Positions 1-10,894 of a stretch of 64,000 nt of DNA are shown piece by piece. This DNA comes from Bacillota bacterium (lineage in GTDB: Bacteria > Bacillota > UBA994 > UBA5500), in NCBI GenBank assembly GCA_012735505.1, contig JAAYHE010000025.1, positions 10,414 to 74,413 on the forward strand, given 5' to 3'. The stretch's first letter is position 1. Every line of letters starts with the position of its first letter. A model generated the notes under the pieces. That model made no database searches and was not told where the DNA came from. It worked only from the letters and a program-made list of their open reading frames with translations. The position numbers were made by a program, and so were the translations under genes.

Positions 1-1258
1 CACTAACCCTATCCAGCCCTGCCAGAAAGAATGAAAGGACTTGGTGTTAGTCGTGGCGTATGTTCGGATGTTATCAAATGCAACCCGTTCCTTGCCTTGA
101 CCAACCGTTTCAAAGATAAATTTCAGGGCATCTGCTTCGTATTGTCGGAGCGGAGGCCCTTCTTTCAGTTGCCGCACTAGAAAATATTCAGTGTCGGTAG
201 TCGTGCGGAATAGACCCTTCTTTTCACTAATAGCTTCTTCGATACGCAAATAGCCGCGGCGGGCTAAATCTAGAATCGTTGCCGAAAAATCATCGGTATT
301 TGGGTCGCCGAAACGCCATAGCACAGCTAATTCGGCAGGACCATAGGTTGCAGGGAGCTCTCGGTAATAATCACCCTGCCAACGAGTGGGATGTGGCCTC
401 CCACCTAGGCGCCAAGCACGTATGGACCACCATATAGCTATGATGGGGCTAACGACACCAACAGCCAAGCCGCCCTTAGACAAAAGGCGACGTTGATTGG
501 CTTGCCGAGCCCACTCGCCTTCTTCAGCCAAGATCCGGTCTAGGGCAGCAGTGTTAGTGTATTGGGCCTGCTCTCCCGTAATAAGGCGCGTAGGAAAAGT
601 GACGCGGCCTTCCAGAAAAGTGCGCGCTGGTAAATCATCTAGTGTCCAAGTAATCTGGCGTGGCCCGTCAATGCTAACCTTACCGGTGAGAGGGCCGTGG
701 CCCCAGGCGCGTAGCTCGTCTTGCGACGCACCTGCAGGCAAGGTCAAAGTGACCTTAACATTGTTTGTGCTTATATCCCACTGGTCGCCCACCCACTGGT
801 AATAAAGTTCTGCCACGTCTTGGTGCACCTTCACTTGCCCTAGTACTTGATAGTTAAGTATGAAGGTGCGAGTCTCGTTAGCGGCTTCGTAACTCCAATC
901 AACGTAAAAACGGCGACTTTCATCCACCACATAGTATGTGCCAGCTGGGCCATAAGTAGTGGCACCAGGCCGAAAACGGTAGGGCCCTGTTTCATCGCCC
1001 ACCTGCATATTGACGATAGAGACACCCGGTTCTTTGTTGATCCATTGATACATGCCGGAAAAGGCTCCGTCAAACTGGGCAGTACGGCGCTCAGTAATGT
1101 CTAAAGTTCCGTCGGCCAATATCTCCGCCTCTATTTCCAAGGCCGTAAATTTGACCGATCGCGCTGCGACTCGGCCGGTCACAGTAGTCATCAAACATAA
1201 GACCAGGAAAAGCCCCGTTAATAATCTGAGCCACTGCTTCGCACTGGTCTGTTTCATA
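1..1258 (-). CDS. DUF2207-family membrane protein (first 419 codons; 3' end runs off the left edge of the window)
   Basis: My own minus-strand translation from the ATG at 1258-1256 (MKQTSAKQWLRLLTGLFLVLCLMTTVTG...) stays open to position 2. It is absent from the ORF track because no stop lies in the window. It has an N-terminal signal/TM segment and a later TM run (GGLAVGVVSPIIAIWWSI). It lies 9 nt downstream of lemA, the usual LemA-DUF2207 pairing. Confidence 0.75.
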
Positions 1259-1267
1259 TGTCTACCC

Positions 1268-1828
1268 CTATTGGAAATTGACATTGATAGGGCCCCGTGC
1301 TTCTGGTTCGCCCTCGAGGTTGAAATAGTCAACGGGGGTAAAACCCATCGCTCTGGCTATCAGGTTGCTAGGGAACATTTCTGTATAGGTATTGTAACGC
1401 TGCACCGTATCGTTGTAAAACTGGCGCGCAAATGCAATTTTGCTTTCAGTGTTGCTGAGTTCATCTTGCAGCTGGCGGAAATTACCGTCCGCCTTTAACT
1501 GGGGATAGTTCTCAGCCACAGCAAACAGTGTTCTCAAAGCCCCCGACAGGGCATTTTCTGCCTGAGCTTGCTCGGCCAAACTGCCACCAGCAGCCATCGC
1601 CCGGCTGCGAGCCTGAGTAATAGCCTCTAGAGTTTCCCGTTCGTGGGTCATATACCCTTTAACCGTGTTGACTAGGTTAGGTATCAAGTCGTAACGTCGC
1701 CTTAATTGTACATCAATCTGGGACCAGGCGTTTCTTACCCGCTGCCTAAATCGCACCAAGTTGTTATAAACCGTCATGACATAAAGCACTAGCAGAACAA
1801 CTAGCCCCAGCAGAATCCATTGCAGCAT
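1268..1828 (-). CDS. lemA: LemA family protein
   Basis: 186-aa ORF with an N-terminal TM helix followed by YNNLV..R..V..AWSQIDVQLRRRYDLIPNLV, typical of LemA. RBS is AGGAGGTAGAAGTC before the ATG. Confidence 0.85.
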   Translation of the reverse strand: MLQWILLGLVVLLVLYVMTVYNNLVRFRQRVRNAWSQIDVQLRRRYDLIPNLVNTVKGYMTHERETLEAITQARSRAMAAGGSLAEQAQAENALSGALRTLFAVAENYPQLKADGNFRQLQDELSNTESKIAFARQFYNDTVQRYNTYTEMFPSNLIARAMGFTPVDYFNLEGEPEARGPINVNFQ

Positions 1829-2009
1829 GACTTCTACCTCCTATCTACCTTCTCGCTTATAAGTACGAAACAATACAAGATTAGTTTCACCAGAAAGCGA
1901 GAATTTTCACCGGCTTAACAATTCGTTCAATGCCTTGCTACGCCTTATTCAAGGTTACTACCATGGTTAAAAGGTTCCCCTAGCGGCAGTTGTTCCTTTT
2001 ACATCTGCT

Positions 2010-2046
2010 AAAAAGCAAAATACCGTAAGAGCTTAAACTCTTACGG
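2010..2046 (-). terminator. Intrinsic terminator after the tRNA cluster
   Basis: Minus-strand hairpin CCGTAAGAG-N6-CTCTTACGG (2023-2031/2038-2046) followed by TATTTTGCTTTTT. Confidence 0.6.
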
Positions 2047-2063
2047 CGTTGATGCTTCTTGTA

Positions 2064-2140
2064 TGGTGGGCACAACAGGGCTCGAACCTGTGACCTCTTG
2101 CGTGTGAAGCAAGCGCTCATCCCAACTGAGCTATGTGCCC
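2064..2140 (-). tRNA. tRNA-Val (anticodon CAC)
   Basis: Hand-folded cloverleaf: acceptor GGGCACA/TGTGCCC, D arm GCTC..GAGC, anticodon arm CTTGC-TTCACAC-GCAAG, T arm ACAGG-TTCGAGC-CCTGT, encoded CCA. 77 nt. Confidence 0.9.
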
Positions 2141-2150
2141 AATGAAATTT

Positions 2151-2227
2151 TGGTGGGCCCACTAGGACTCGAACCTAGGACCAATCGGTTATGAGCCGAC
2201 CGCTCTGACCAACTGAGCTATGGGCCC
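2151..2227 (-). tRNA. tRNA with CAT anticodon (elongator Met, or Ile2 if lysidinylated; not an initiator)
   Basis: Cloverleaf: acceptor GGGCCCA/TGGGCCC (1-72 paired, so not an initiator), anticodon arm GTCGG-CTCATAA-CCGAT, T arm CTAGG-TTCGAGT-CCTAG, encoded CCA. 77 nt. Confidence 0.85.
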
Positions 2228-2232
2228 AAAAA

Positions 2233-2307
<75 letters not shown>

Positions 2308-2320
2308 ACGGCATGTGTTT

Positions 2321-2349
2321 ATTATAGAGCAAACAGCATCGTTCGTCAA
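2321..2349 (-). promoter_or_regulatory. Sigma-A type promoter for the tRNA-Asn/Met/Val cluster
   Basis: Minus strand reads TTGACG (2349-2344), a 17-nt spacer, then TATAAT (2326-2321). The -10 ends about 13 nt before the tRNA-Asn 5' end, immediately after the rpoD stop. Confidence 0.65.
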
Positions 2350-2366
2350 GATGGAGTTATTACTTC

Positions 2367-3470
2367 TTATTCTAAGAAGTCCTTCAAACGCCTACTGCGG
2401 CTTGGGTGCCTTAACTTGCGTAAGGCCTTAGCTTCGATTTGCCTAATCCGCTCCCGAGTTACGCCAAACTCCTGGCCAACTTCCTCTAGAGTGCGCCCGC
2501 GCCCATCTTCCAAACCAAAGCGCAACCGCAAGACTCTCTGCTCACGATCGGTAAGCGTATCTAGAACATCATCAAGTTGCTCTCGCAATAAAACGAAAGC
2601 AGCCGCGTCGGCGGGAGCTAGGGCATCTTCATCGGGAATAAAATCGCCTAGGTGGCTATCTTCTTCTTCGCCGATAGGAGTTTCAAGAGATACGGGCTCT
2701 TGTGCTATTTTTAGGATTTCCTGCACTCGTTCAGGAGTGATATCCATCTCTGCCGCAATTTCTTCCGGAGTAGGCTCACGCCCGAGCTCTTGCAAGAGCT
2801 GCCGTGAAATTCTGATCAGCTTGTTGATAGTCTCAACCATATGCACCGGTATACGAATGGTCCTTGCCTGATCTGCAATCGCCCGCGTAATTGCTTGGCG
2901 AATCCACCAGGTGGCATAAGTGCTGAACTTAAAGCCTTTAGAGTAGTCGAACTTTTCGACTGCTTTCATGAGACCGAGGTTCCCCTCTTGAATTAAATCA
3001 AGAAATTGCATCCCCCGCCCCACATAACGTTTCGCTATGCTGACGACTAAGCGCAGGTTAGCTTCTACTAAGGCTCTCTTGGCCTCTTCGTCTCCTTGTT
3101 CCATTCGCTTAGCCAAATCCACTTCTTCTTCCGGTGTTAAGAGAGGAACTTTACCTATCTCCTTAAGATACATGCGAACTGGATCATCTAGTCGAACGTT
3201 ATCAGGGATCGATAAATCGGCATCCGCTTCTTCAGCTTCGTTCTCGAGTTCATCATCCTCATCTTTTTCCTCATCCGTTTTTACATCAGAGTCGTCGATA
3301 ACGTCAATACCCAATTCGGCTAGATTTTCATAAATATCTTCTATCTGGTCAGGGGTAAGCTCTATTTCTTGTAGGGCATCCATAATCTCCTCATAGGTAA
3401 GGACTCCCTGCTTTTTCCCCTTTTCCACCAGTTCCTTTACTAACTCTATTTGGGTTTCTTTCTTACTCAA
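2367..3470 (-). CDS. rpoD: RNA polymerase primary sigma factor (RpoD/SigA)
   Basis: Regions 1.1-4.2 are recognisable (acidic linker, [54 protein letters not shown]). The ORF track starts at TTG 3476, which abuts the RBS, so I prefer TTG 3470 (GAGGGGGG, 7 nt, TTG). Confidence 0.95.
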   Translation of the reverse strand: MSKKETQIELVKELVEKGKKQGVLTYEEIMDALQEIELTPDQIEDIYENLAELGIDVIDDSDVKTDEEKDEDDELENEAEEADADLSIPDNVRLDDPVRMYLKEIGKVPLLTPEEEVDLAKRMEQGDEEAKRALVEANLRLVVSIAKRYVGRGMQFLDLIQEGNLGLMKAVEKFDYSKGFKFSTYATWWIRQAITRAIADQARTIRIPVHMVETINKLIRISRQLLQELGREPTPEEIAAEMDITPERVQEILKIAQEPVSLETPIGEEEDSHLGDFIPDEDALAPADAAAFVLLREQLDDVLDTLTDREQRVLRLRFGLEDGRGRTLEEVGQEFGVTRERIRQIEAKALRKLRHPSRSRRLKDFLE

Positions 3471-3496
3471 ACACAATCCCCCCTCTAGCGCACTGC

Positions 3497-5308
3497 CTAG
3501 TGCCGCAAACCCTTCTGCTTCTCTAATAACAATTGCAGTTCCTGCAATAATAACTTGCGCTGCACCGCATCTTTCTCGTTTCGTAGACGTTTCTCGGCCT
3601 CGGATATAGCTTGGCGTATAGCCAACTGTTTAAGTTTTCCTAGGCAGTCGCCTGCCACTACTACAGGATTGTCTAACTCAAAGCTCTCAGCCCAGGCAAT
3701 TTGCGCCAGGCGCTGGCCCACTTCTTCTCCTTCAAATTGCTCAATTAGCCGCCGTATGTCTAAAGTTTTTCCTTTCTGCAGTTCGTTAAGCAACAACTTA
3801 ACTACTTGCCGATCAACAGGATAAGCATAAACATCAAGTTCCTGCCAGGCTAGAAGCACTTCTTCTGCCTCTACTAAATTATTGATAACTAAACTGAGCA
3901 GCTTATCTTCTGCTATCTGGCAACCCTGCAAAACTGGGTCTTGGTCGAGCTCGATAGTGGGACTCATATCCCTAGTATTCCTGCTATTACCATCTTTATC
4001 CCCCATCCGGCTCTGTTTGGCTAATTCTGCAAGCACAGCCTGCTCCGGCACCTGCAGCTCTCGTGCAAGTTGCTGTGCATAGGCATTCTTAGCTACTTCA
4101 TTATTTAAGCGGCTGAGTACAGTTACGGCTGCAGTGACAAACCGTGCTTTTCCTTCAGGCTCGTTTAAAGGGTATTCGCGGCGTAACATATCCAGTTGGT
4201 AATCGACGGCCGACTTAGCTTTCCCTAAGACTTCATCGATAAAGAAGTCTAATCCTCGGCGACGCAAACAATCATCGGGATCTTCTCCCGCTGGTAAAGA
4301 TGCTACTTTCACTTGCAGGCCAGCCTGCACCGAAACATCTATGCCCCGTAAAGCTGCTCTCATACCGGCGCTATCAGCGTCGTAACACAGAATAACTTGA
4401 TTAGTATAGCGCTTTAGCAAGCGCGCCTGTGAGAGCGTTAAAGCCGTACCTAAGGAAGCTACTACATGCTCGACCCCGTGTTGCCAGGCTGACAAGCAAT
4501 CCATATATCCTTCAACCAAAACTGCAACACCAGCTCTATTTATGGCTGTATTCGCGCGATGCAAACCAAAAAGGAGTCTGCCTTTGTTAAAGAGCGGATT
4601 CTCGGGAGAATTGAGATACTTGGGCTGCGAGTCATCCAGGGCCCGCCCACCAAAAGCTACAACCCGGCCCCGCTCATCAGCAATTGGAATGATAACGCGA
4701 TTACGAAAACGATCATAATATCCGTGTTGTTTGCGTGGAATAATCAAACCCAACTTAGCCAAAGCTGGCATTGGAATTTGATTGCGTTGTGCTGCCTTAA
4801 TTAGACCTGACCAATCTGGTAAAGCAAAGCCCAGTTTCATTGCTTCTATAAGTGCGGGAGTCAGGCCTCTATTTTCTAGATAAGCCCTAGCATCCCTAGC
4901 TATAGGCGAACGCCGTAGTTGCGAATGAAAAAAGTCGGTTGCCCAGTGCGTCACCCGCAAGAGCAACTGTCGCTCTTTCTGCCGGGCTCGATCAGCCGGC
5001 GAAATAGAAGCATCCTCAGGTAAAGGGATGTTGGCACGCATAGCTAGAGTGCGCACGGCTTCAGGAAACGAAATCTTAGCCGTCTCCATGACAAAGTTAA
5101 ATACCGTTCCGCCAGCGTGGCAACCAAAACAGTAATACATTTGTTTATCGGGACTAACGCTAAACGAAGGTGTTTTTTCTGAATGAAAGGGACAAAGACC
5201 TATGTAATTTTGTCCCGACCGCTTCAGCTGTACCTCTTGCCCAATAATCTCAACAATATCATTAGCGTTACGGACCCGTTCGATAAACTCATCTGTAAAA
5301 ACAGGCAT
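3497..5308 (-). CDS. dnaG: DNA primase DnaG
   Basis: 603 aa with the zinc ribbon [29 protein letters not shown], a TOPRIM region ([18 protein letters not shown]), and the conserved position upstream of rpoD. Confidence 0.95.
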   Translation of the reverse strand: MPVFTDEFIERVRNANDIVEIIGQEVQLKRSGQNYIGLCPFHSEKTPSFSVSPDKQMYYCFGCHAGGTVFNFVMETAKISFPEAVRTLAMRANIPLPEDASISPADRARQKERQLLLRVTHWATDFFHSQLRRSPIARDARAYLENRGLTPALIEAMKLGFALPDWSGLIKAAQRNQIPMPALAKLGLIIPRKQHGYYDRFRNRVIIPIADERGRVVAFGGRALDDSQPKYLNSPENPLFNKGRLLFGLHRANTAINRAGVAVLVEGYMDCLSAWQHGVEHVVASLGTALTLSQARLLKRYTNQVILCYDADSAGMRAALRGIDVSVQAGLQVKVASLPAGEDPDDCLRRRGLDFFIDEVLGKAKSAVDYQLDMLRREYPLNEPEGKARFVTAAVTVLSRLNNEVAKNAYAQQLARELQVPEQAVLAELAKQSRMGDKDGNSRNTRDMSPTIELDQDPVLQGCQIAEDKLLSLVINNLVEAEEVLLAWQELDVYAYPVDRQVVKLLLNELQKGKTLDIRRLIEQFEGEEVGQRLAQIAWAESFELDNPVVVAGDCLGKLKQLAIRQAISEAEKRLRNEKDAVQRKLLLQELQLLLEKQKGLRH

Positions 5309-5557
5309 TACCTCTCCCCTTGTTATTCACTAGCCTTTACTTATCTAATATGTCTCTCTCTGTTGAAGTGTTTTTGCAGTCGGTTTAACATTATTCTTCA
5401 AACCTATACTATTTCCTTCTTATATTGGGATTTTGTCTAAATACTGTGGTTAAATCATTGTAACTATAGCTGAGAACGAAACGACCCCACCCCGCAGAGC
5501 GGGATGAGGAAGTTTCCTCTACTTCTATTTCGTTATCCACGATTTTATTCCTGCCTC

Positions 5558-6556
5558 TTACGGCGTCCAAGCTTGCGGAATAAACATTTGTTCGAACAGA
5601 TGAATAATAAAGCGGTCTGTCATGCCAGCAACATAATCAGCGACAGCACTTTCCAGGCCCTCTTGTTGCCAAATAACCTGATACGAAGCTGGCAGTTGAT
5701 CAGGGTGTTCCATATAGTGAGTGAAGAGAATCTCTATTATTTTTTCTGCTTTGCCTTCGTCTTTTTTTGCTGCCGATCCGATGTATACGTGTTCGAATAG
5801 GAAGTCGCGCAGCTCATCCATAGCGTCTTCTATTTCCTGGGACGCTTGAATTATGCCTCGCCCCTGGCTGTGGGTAATGATATCGGAAACCATGTTATGA
5901 ATTCTTTCGCTATGAGTTTCACCCAGAATGGCTAAAGTATCCCGGGGTAGCTGTTCTTTCTGTAATATTCCCGCCCTTAACGCATCATCGATATCGTGGT
6001 TAATATAAGCAATGCGATCTGCCAGGCGCACAATGCAACCTTCTGGTGTTGACGGGAGACTATCTCCTGTGTGGCAGAAAATACCGTCACGCGTTTCTAA
6101 AGTTAAATTTAGTCCATTTTCACCTTCTAACTTATCTACTACCCGCAGGGATTGTTCGTTATGCCGGAAACCTTTGGATAACAGCCGATTTAACGCCTGC
6201 TCCCCCGCATGGCCAAAAGGGGTATGTCCTAAGTCGTGTCCGAGGCTGATGGCTTCTGTTAAATCTTCGTTTAGGGCTAAAGACCGAGCGATGGTGCGTG
6301 CAATCTGTGATACTTCTAGTGTATGAGTGAGCCGGGTACGATAGTGATCACCCTCGGGACGAATAAAAACCTGAGTCTTGTGCTTGAGGCGACGAAAGGC
6401 CTTAGAGTGCAAAATGCGGTCGCGATCGCGTTGGAAGGCGGTGCGTATGGAACACTCGCTCTCAGGCCAGACCCGTCCTTGGGACAAACAAGCTTTTGTC
6501 GCATGGGGAGAAAGGAGCTTTAGTTCGCGTTCTTCTGTGATCTGTCTGATGTGCAC
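5558..6556 (-). CDS. dGTPase-like HD-domain triphosphohydrolase
   Basis: Contains FQRDRDRILHSKAFRRLKHKTQVF and HTLEVSQIAR...GHDLGHTPFGH (HD motif). The first GTG at 6565 is part of the RBS AGAGGTG, so I prefer GTG 6556. Confidence 0.85.
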   Translation of the reverse strand: MHIRQITEERELKLLSPHATKACLSQGRVWPESECSIRTAFQRDRDRILHSKAFRRLKHKTQVFIRPEGDHYRTRLTHTLEVSQIARTIARSLALNEDLTEAISLGHDLGHTPFGHAGEQALNRLLSKGFRHNEQSLRVVDKLEGENGLNLTLETRDGIFCHTGDSLPSTPEGCIVRLADRIAYINHDIDDALRAGILQKEQLPRDTLAILGETHSERIHNMVSDIITHSQGRGIIQASQEIEDAMDELRDFLFEHVYIGSAAKKDEGKAEKIIEILFTHYMEHPDQLPASYQVIWQQEGLESAVADYVAGMTDRFIIHLFEQMFIPQAWTP

Positions 6557-6582
6557 TATGATCACCTCTAATCACATTTAAC

Positions 6583-7410
6583 TCAACGACTCCTTTTGCC
6601 TGTATCCCTCTTAGCCAAAATGGCCATCACCTGACTAGCAGTTTCTTCTACAGCACGGCGAGTAACATCGATAACTGGGCAACCTATTTTGTCCATAATC
6701 ATACGTGCGTAAGCTAACTCCTCCTGAATACGTTCCCAGCTAGCATAGTTGGCATTAGGCTGCAGGCCTAAGACCTTAAGCCGCTCGGTACGTATTTGTT
6801 TTAGCTGGGCGTCGCTAATGGTTAGACCGACTATATAATCTGGTGGCAGCATTAATATTTCTTCCGGCGGGCTCACTTCAGGCACCAAGGGAACATTGGC
6901 AACCCGATAACCCCGGTGTGCCAAATACATGCTTAAGGGAGTTTTCGAGGTGCGGGAAACACCAATTAAGACTACATCGGCTTTGAGGAGCCCCCGTGGA
7001 TCTTTTCCATCATCATACTTGACGGCAAACTCCACTGCTTCGATTTCTCTAAAGTATTGTTCATCTAACTGATGCACTAAGCCTGGCTGTAGGCGCGGCA
7101 CATGGCTGCTGACGCGGCTGATCGCTTCCATAGTGGGTCCCATGATGTCTACACAAGGAATATTGTTATCAGACGCAAGTTGATTGATAAATTCCCGTAG
7201 CTCGGGAATGACCAAGGTGTGTACGATCAGGGAATTCACCGTTTTGGCTTCCTCTACCACCTCAACGATGGTTTCTTTCGTCGTAGCATAGGGGATCCGT
7301 CTAAACTCAAAGGGTTGCGTAACAAATTGGCTGGCAGCAGCGCGGGCTACTCTGTCGGCCGTTTCACCGATAGAATCTGACACAACGAAAATAAGCGTCT
7401 TCCTATCCAA
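6583..7410 (-). CDS. Pyruvate,phosphate/water dikinase regulatory protein (kinase/pyrophosphorylase, YqfL-like)
   Basis: 275 aa with VSDSIGETA at the N-terminus and a P-loop-like GVSRTSKTPLSMYLA. It is downstream of ccpN, as in B. subtilis ccpN-yqfL. Confidence 0.85.
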   Translation of the reverse strand: MDRKTLIFVVSDSIGETADRVARAAASQFVTQPFEFRRIPYATTKETIVEVVEEAKTVNSLIVHTLVIPELREFINQLASDNNIPCVDIMGPTMEAISRVSSHVPRLQPGLVHQLDEQYFREIEAVEFAVKYDDGKDPRGLLKADVVLIGVSRTSKTPLSMYLAHRGYRVANVPLVPEVSPPEEILMLPPDYIVGLTISDAQLKQIRTERLKVLGLQPNANYASWERIQEELAYARMIMDKIGCPVIDVTRRAVEETASQVMAILAKRDTGKRSR

Positions 7411-7423
7411 ATGCTTCCTCTCC

Positions 7424-8068
7424 TTAATGGCCTTCGCCGAGTTCTACAAACAATTTGGTGATAATACGCTGGGAAATCACCCCTACCACTTCGAGCTTGT
7501 TATCCTTCTCGGTAGGTTTTACAACCGGCAAACTGCTGATGCGGTAAGACATTAGTTTGCGAGCTGCCTGCATCACTGTCTCATCTAATGTCGCATACAC
7601 TACGTTAGCCAAACGAGTCATGACTACGCCTACAGGGATTTTTTCTAAATCTAAGGCACCCATACTGTGCTTCAGCAAATCACTGCGAGAAACTACACCC
7701 GCCAAGTATCCATCGGTATCAACCACCACGAGAGTGCCAACATCCTCTAGAAAAATAGTCACAATCGCATCGTAGACTGACCTCTCTTCGCTAATTACAG
7801 CAGGTACCGAACAAACTTCTTTTACCTTTGTGGTTCTAATGCGCTCAGAATTGAGAAAACTAACATTCCGGCCCGAATAGGTGTAACCAACCCGTGGGCG
7901 AGCATCTAATAAACCCGCCATCGTCAAGATTGCTAGATCAGGTCGTAACGCAGCTCTAGTAACCGAAAGGTGCCCCGCCAACTCTTCTCCGGTAATAGGT
8001 CCATACTCTTTGGCTAAATCCAGTATTTTATGCTGTCGGGGAGTAAGCTCGATGATCACCACCCCCAT
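7424..8068 (-). CDS. ccpN: CcpN-like transcriptional repressor (HTH plus two CBS domains)
   Basis: N-terminal HTH (LTPRQHKILDLAKEYGPITGEELAGHLSVTRAALRPDL) followed by CBS-type repeats. It is paired with the dikinase-regulator gene. Confidence 0.75.
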   Translation of the reverse strand: MGVVIIELTPRQHKILDLAKEYGPITGEELAGHLSVTRAALRPDLAILTMAGLLDARPRVGYTYSGRNVSFLNSERIRTTKVKEVCSVPAVISEERSVYDAIVTIFLEDVGTLVVVDTDGYLAGVVSRSDLLKHSMGALDLEKIPVGVVMTRLANVVYATLDETVMQAARKLMSYRISSLPVVKPTEKDNKLEVVGVISQRIITKLFVELGEGH

Positions 8069-8140
8069 TTAGACTACACGTTTTCTTAATTAGTATATAC
8101 ACCTTTGTTATGAGGGTTTCCTGCGTCGGGCCTAGGCGAA

Positions 8141-8164
8141 ACAAAAAGCCTGCCCAGGGGCAGG
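8141..8164 (-). terminator. Intrinsic terminator downstream of the DUF4342 gene
   Basis: Hairpin CCTGCC-N4-GGCAGG (8149-8164) followed on the minus strand by CTTTTTGTTT. Confidence 0.6.
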
Positions 8165-8169
8165 TTTTG

Positions 8170-8568
8170 TTAATTTGTTGTAGGATTGGGGGGCTCGTCG
8201 GCTCTTATTACCTCGATAGTACAACGAGTTAGTAGAGCCGCTATGACACCTACGGCTGCCAATTTGGGCGCTAATAAGGCTCCCAAGGCACCTGCCGTCA
8301 CTGGAAATTCTACTAGTACCTTGTCATCATGTAAAACCCGCACCCTGCGCACATTGCCTTGCTGTACTAACCGCCGTAGCTGTTCTACCAGTTCGCTCCC
8401 TTTCACTGAAGCATATTCGGCCCAATCAGCACGGGTATTTTTTTGTCCCTCGAGGTAAATAATTGCTTCTATTACGTCATCATCATGTTGCTCCAAAGCC
8501 ATTTTGGCCTGTCTATAGGAGCAACCAGTGCGCTCTCTTACGGTATCAATTTGTTCTAACGTTGGCAC
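8170..8568 (-). CDS. UBA/TS-N-like plus DUF4342 domain protein
   Basis: 132 aa. The N-terminus (LEQIDTVRERTGCSYRQAKMALEQHDDDVIEAIIYL) resembles EF-Ts/UBA folds, and the rest matches the DUF4342-type tail I recall. GTG start behind AAGGAGGTG. Confidence 0.55.
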   Translation of the reverse strand: MPTLEQIDTVRERTGCSYRQAKMALEQHDDDVIEAIIYLEGQKNTRADWAEYASVKGSELVEQLRRLVQQGNVRRVRVLHDDKVLVEFPVTAGALGALLAPKLAAVGVIAALLTRCTIEVIRADEPPNPTTN

Positions 8569-8600
8569 TCTGCCACCTCCTTGTGGATGATGAGATATAA

Positions 8601-9332
8601 TCAGCGGCGCATAGCGCTGAGAAAATCATAGGAACGAGGACGCGCAGCTAAGTGATAAAAGATAAATTGCTCTAGGACTTTTGTTAGCTGCCGTACGTAG
8701 GGATAGGCTTCAACCTGACCATAACCTTCCCATCCAACTTGCGCATAATACTGTAACAGCAATACGGTTTCTCGTTCTACAGGCATCCCGCCCACCTTTT
8801 GGGTGCAGGCAGAACATACTAACCCGCCGATGGCGGCATTGAGGGTCACCAAAGGTTTGTCACTAACCTGACAACAGGTGCAAGCCTCCCAAGCCGGTAA
8901 CAGGCCCATTTGTAGTAGCAGCTGGGTTTGAAAATAAGCCAATAAAGTAACAGGGTCGTCCTGTTCCAAACGGTATAAGGCCTGACTCAAGAGTTGATAG
9001 TTGGCTAACTGCACTTCTGCATCTATCGTGAAAAGATCTAACAGCTCTGCCATGAACAGCCCATAGGCGAGGAGGTCTAATTTCTCGCGCACCTGCCTAT
9101 GGCTGGTAACTAAAACTGCCTGATTTAGCGTATGTAGGTTCTTGCCAGTATAGATAGCCGCCTGCACTTCCACTAGGGGTTCTAAAGCTGCAAATCGGCC
9201 ACCTGGACGCCGAGCTCCTTTGGCTACTACTCGTATTTTCCCATGCTGCTTGGTTAGCAATACCAAAATTCTGTCTTTTTCACCGAGGTCATAGGTTTTG
9301 AGCACCAGCCCCTCTACATTTATTAGCGGCAC
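8601..9332 (-). CDS. recO: DNA repair protein RecO
   Basis: 243 aa with an OB-fold N-terminus (EGLVLKTYDLGEKDRILVLLT..GKIRVVAKGARR) and a Cys cluster (CTCC..C..C). It sits in the synteny after era. Confidence 0.9.
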   Translation of the reverse strand: MPLINVEGLVLKTYDLGEKDRILVLLTKQHGKIRVVAKGARRPGGRFAALEPLVEVQAAIYTGKNLHTLNQAVLVTSHRQVREKLDLLAYGLFMAELLDLFTIDAEVQLANYQLLSQALYRLEQDDPVTLLAYFQTQLLLQMGLLPAWEACTCCQVSDKPLVTLNAAIGGLVCSACTQKVGGMPVERETVLLLQYYAQVGWEGYGQVEAYPYVRQLTKVLEQFIFYHLAARPRSYDFLSAMRR

Positions 9333-9335
9333 CTG

Positions 9336-9983
9336 CTATTCTCCTATCTCGGCCAGAATACGCACGCCCGCACTCGCCCCAATCCGACTGGCACCTGCTT
9401 CTAGCATTGCCATCGCCGTCGCTAAATCACGAATCCCGCCAGCAGCTTTCACACCCATGTTAGGACCTACAGTTTTGCGCATAAGTGCTACATCCGTAAC
9501 CGTAGCCCCAGCGCTGGAAAAGCCGGTAGACGTCTTAACGAAATGGGCACCAGCCTCTTGGGCCGCCTGGCAGGCTCTAATCTTTTCAGTATCGTCAAGC
9601 AAGGCAGTTTCTATAATGACTTTGACAATATTGCCTTGGGCTGCTTCTACCACCTGCCGGATTTCCTGTTCCACCTGCTCCCAGGCGCCTGCTTTCGCTA
9701 GCCCCATATTCATAACCATGTCTATCTCACTAGCACCATCCGCGATAGCCTGAGCAGTTTCTGCTACCTTGATTTGGGTGCTTGTAGCTCCTAGCGGGAA
9801 ACCAACCACAGCTGTCACCGGTATTTGGCTATGCTGAGCGGCTAGTGCCACATAACAGCCATTTACACAGACGCTAGCAAAGCGGTGTTGGTTACCTTCT
9901 CGGCAAAGCTGCTCGATATCAGCTGGAGTTGCCACCGGGCTAAGCAGAGTGTGGTCAATGAGGGAGGCCAGTCGCAGCTTCAT
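9336..9983 (-). CDS. deoC: Deoxyribose-phosphate aldolase
   Basis: Contains IDHTLL, VCV, VVGFPLG, EIDMV, KVIIET, FVKTSTGF and KAAGGIR motifs. The ORF-track TTG start at 10052 overlaps era by 67 nt. ATG 9983 (MKLRLASLIDHTLL) abuts the era stop. Confidence 0.9.
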   Translation of the reverse strand: MKLRLASLIDHTLLSPVATPADIEQLCREGNQHRFASVCVNGCYVALAAQHSQIPVTAVVGFPLGATSTQIKVAETAQAIADGASEIDMVMNMGLAKAGAWEQVEQEIRQVVEAAQGNIVKVIIETALLDDTEKIRACQAAQEAGAHFVKTSTGFSSAGATVTDVALMRKTVGPNMGVKAAGGIRDLATAMAMLEAGASRIGASAGVRILAEIGE

Positions 9984-9985
9984 CT

Positions 9986-10894
9986 CTATCGCTCCTTTTC
10001 CATAAGCTCTTCGTAACCCAACTGGCGCAGGCCAGTCAGTTGATTGCGCCAATCTTTACGAGTTTTTACCCACAAATCCAAATAAATCTGAGAACCCAGC
10101 ATGCGCTCTATATCGGTGCGGGCCTCCTGCCCAATCGCTTTGAGCATACTACCCCGCTTGCCGATGATAATGCCCTTTTGTGACTCGCGTTCGACATATA
10201 TGGTGGCATGCACATAAACAATATCATCCTCACGGGCCGTCATTTCATCGATGACAACAGCAACAGAATGAGGAATCTCCTCGTGGGTCAAATGTAATAT
10301 CTTCTCTCTGATTAGTTCGGCCACAATAAACCGTTCAGGCTGGTCGATAACCATATCATCTGGATAATACTTGGGCCCTTCCGGTAAGACAGCCAATATT
10401 TGCCCTCGCAAATGGTCTAAGTTGTAGCTGGTAAGGGCGGAAATATGGCACACTGCCTGTACCTGGGGTAACAGGGTTTGCCATTGGCTTTCCAAACGCA
10501 CCAACTCCCCAGCTTCCACTAGGTCAATTTTATTAAACACTAGGAAAATAGGTGTACTAACTCGCTTAAGGTGCTCGGCGATATAGCGGTCGCCACCACC
10601 TAAGGGTTCACTGGCATCAACCATAAAAATAATGGCGTCGACATCTTCTAGGGTATTCAAGGCTGCCTGTACCATCCCTTCCCCGAGCAGCGACCTGGGT
10701 TTATGAATACCCGGCGTGTCGAGGAAGACTACCTGGTAATTCTCATCCGTAAGGATACAACGAATACGATTACGCGTCGTCTGCGGTTTATCGCTGACGA
10801 TGAGATATTTCTCTCCTAATAGGGCGTTTAGTAGCGTGGATTTGCCGACATTGGGTCTGCCGATCACTGTTACGAACCCTGAGCGGAAAGCCAT
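9986..10894 (-). CDS. era: GTPase Era
   Basis: G1 GRPNVGKST, G3 DTPG and G4 NKID motifs plus a C-terminal KH domain (GKRGSMLK). The start overlaps the cdd stop by 1 nt. Confidence 0.95.
   Translation of the reverse strand: MAFRSGFVTVIGRPNVGKSTLLNALLGEKYLIVSDKPQTTRNRIRCILTDENYQVVFLDTPGIHKPRSLLGEGMVQAALNTLEDVDAIIFMVDASEPLGGGDRYIAEHLKRVSTPIFLVFNKIDLVEAGELVRLESQWQTLLPQVQAVCHISALTSYNLDHLRGQILAVLPEGPKYYPDDMVIDQPERFIVAELIREKILHLTHEEIPHSVAVVIDEMTAREDDIVYVHATIYVERESQKGIIIGKRGSMLKAIGQEARTDIERMLGSQIYLDLWVKTRKDWRNQLTGLRQLGYEELMEKER

Noticed and set aside
1980-2162. ORFs overlapping tRNA genes (1980-2162, and 59440-59786 in three frames)
   Set aside because: The sequence folds into canonical tRNA cloverleaves, so the ORFs are artefacts of the structured, GC-rich tRNA sequence.
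2416-2871. Plus-strand ORFs antisense to real minus-strand genes (for example 2416-2871, 9298-9753, 17146-17664, 20457-20885, 33401-33808, 50356-50856)
   Set aside because: These are shadow ORFs inside confidently identified genes. Their translations are Ser/Arg/Ala/Pro-rich and they have no RBS or recognisable motifs.
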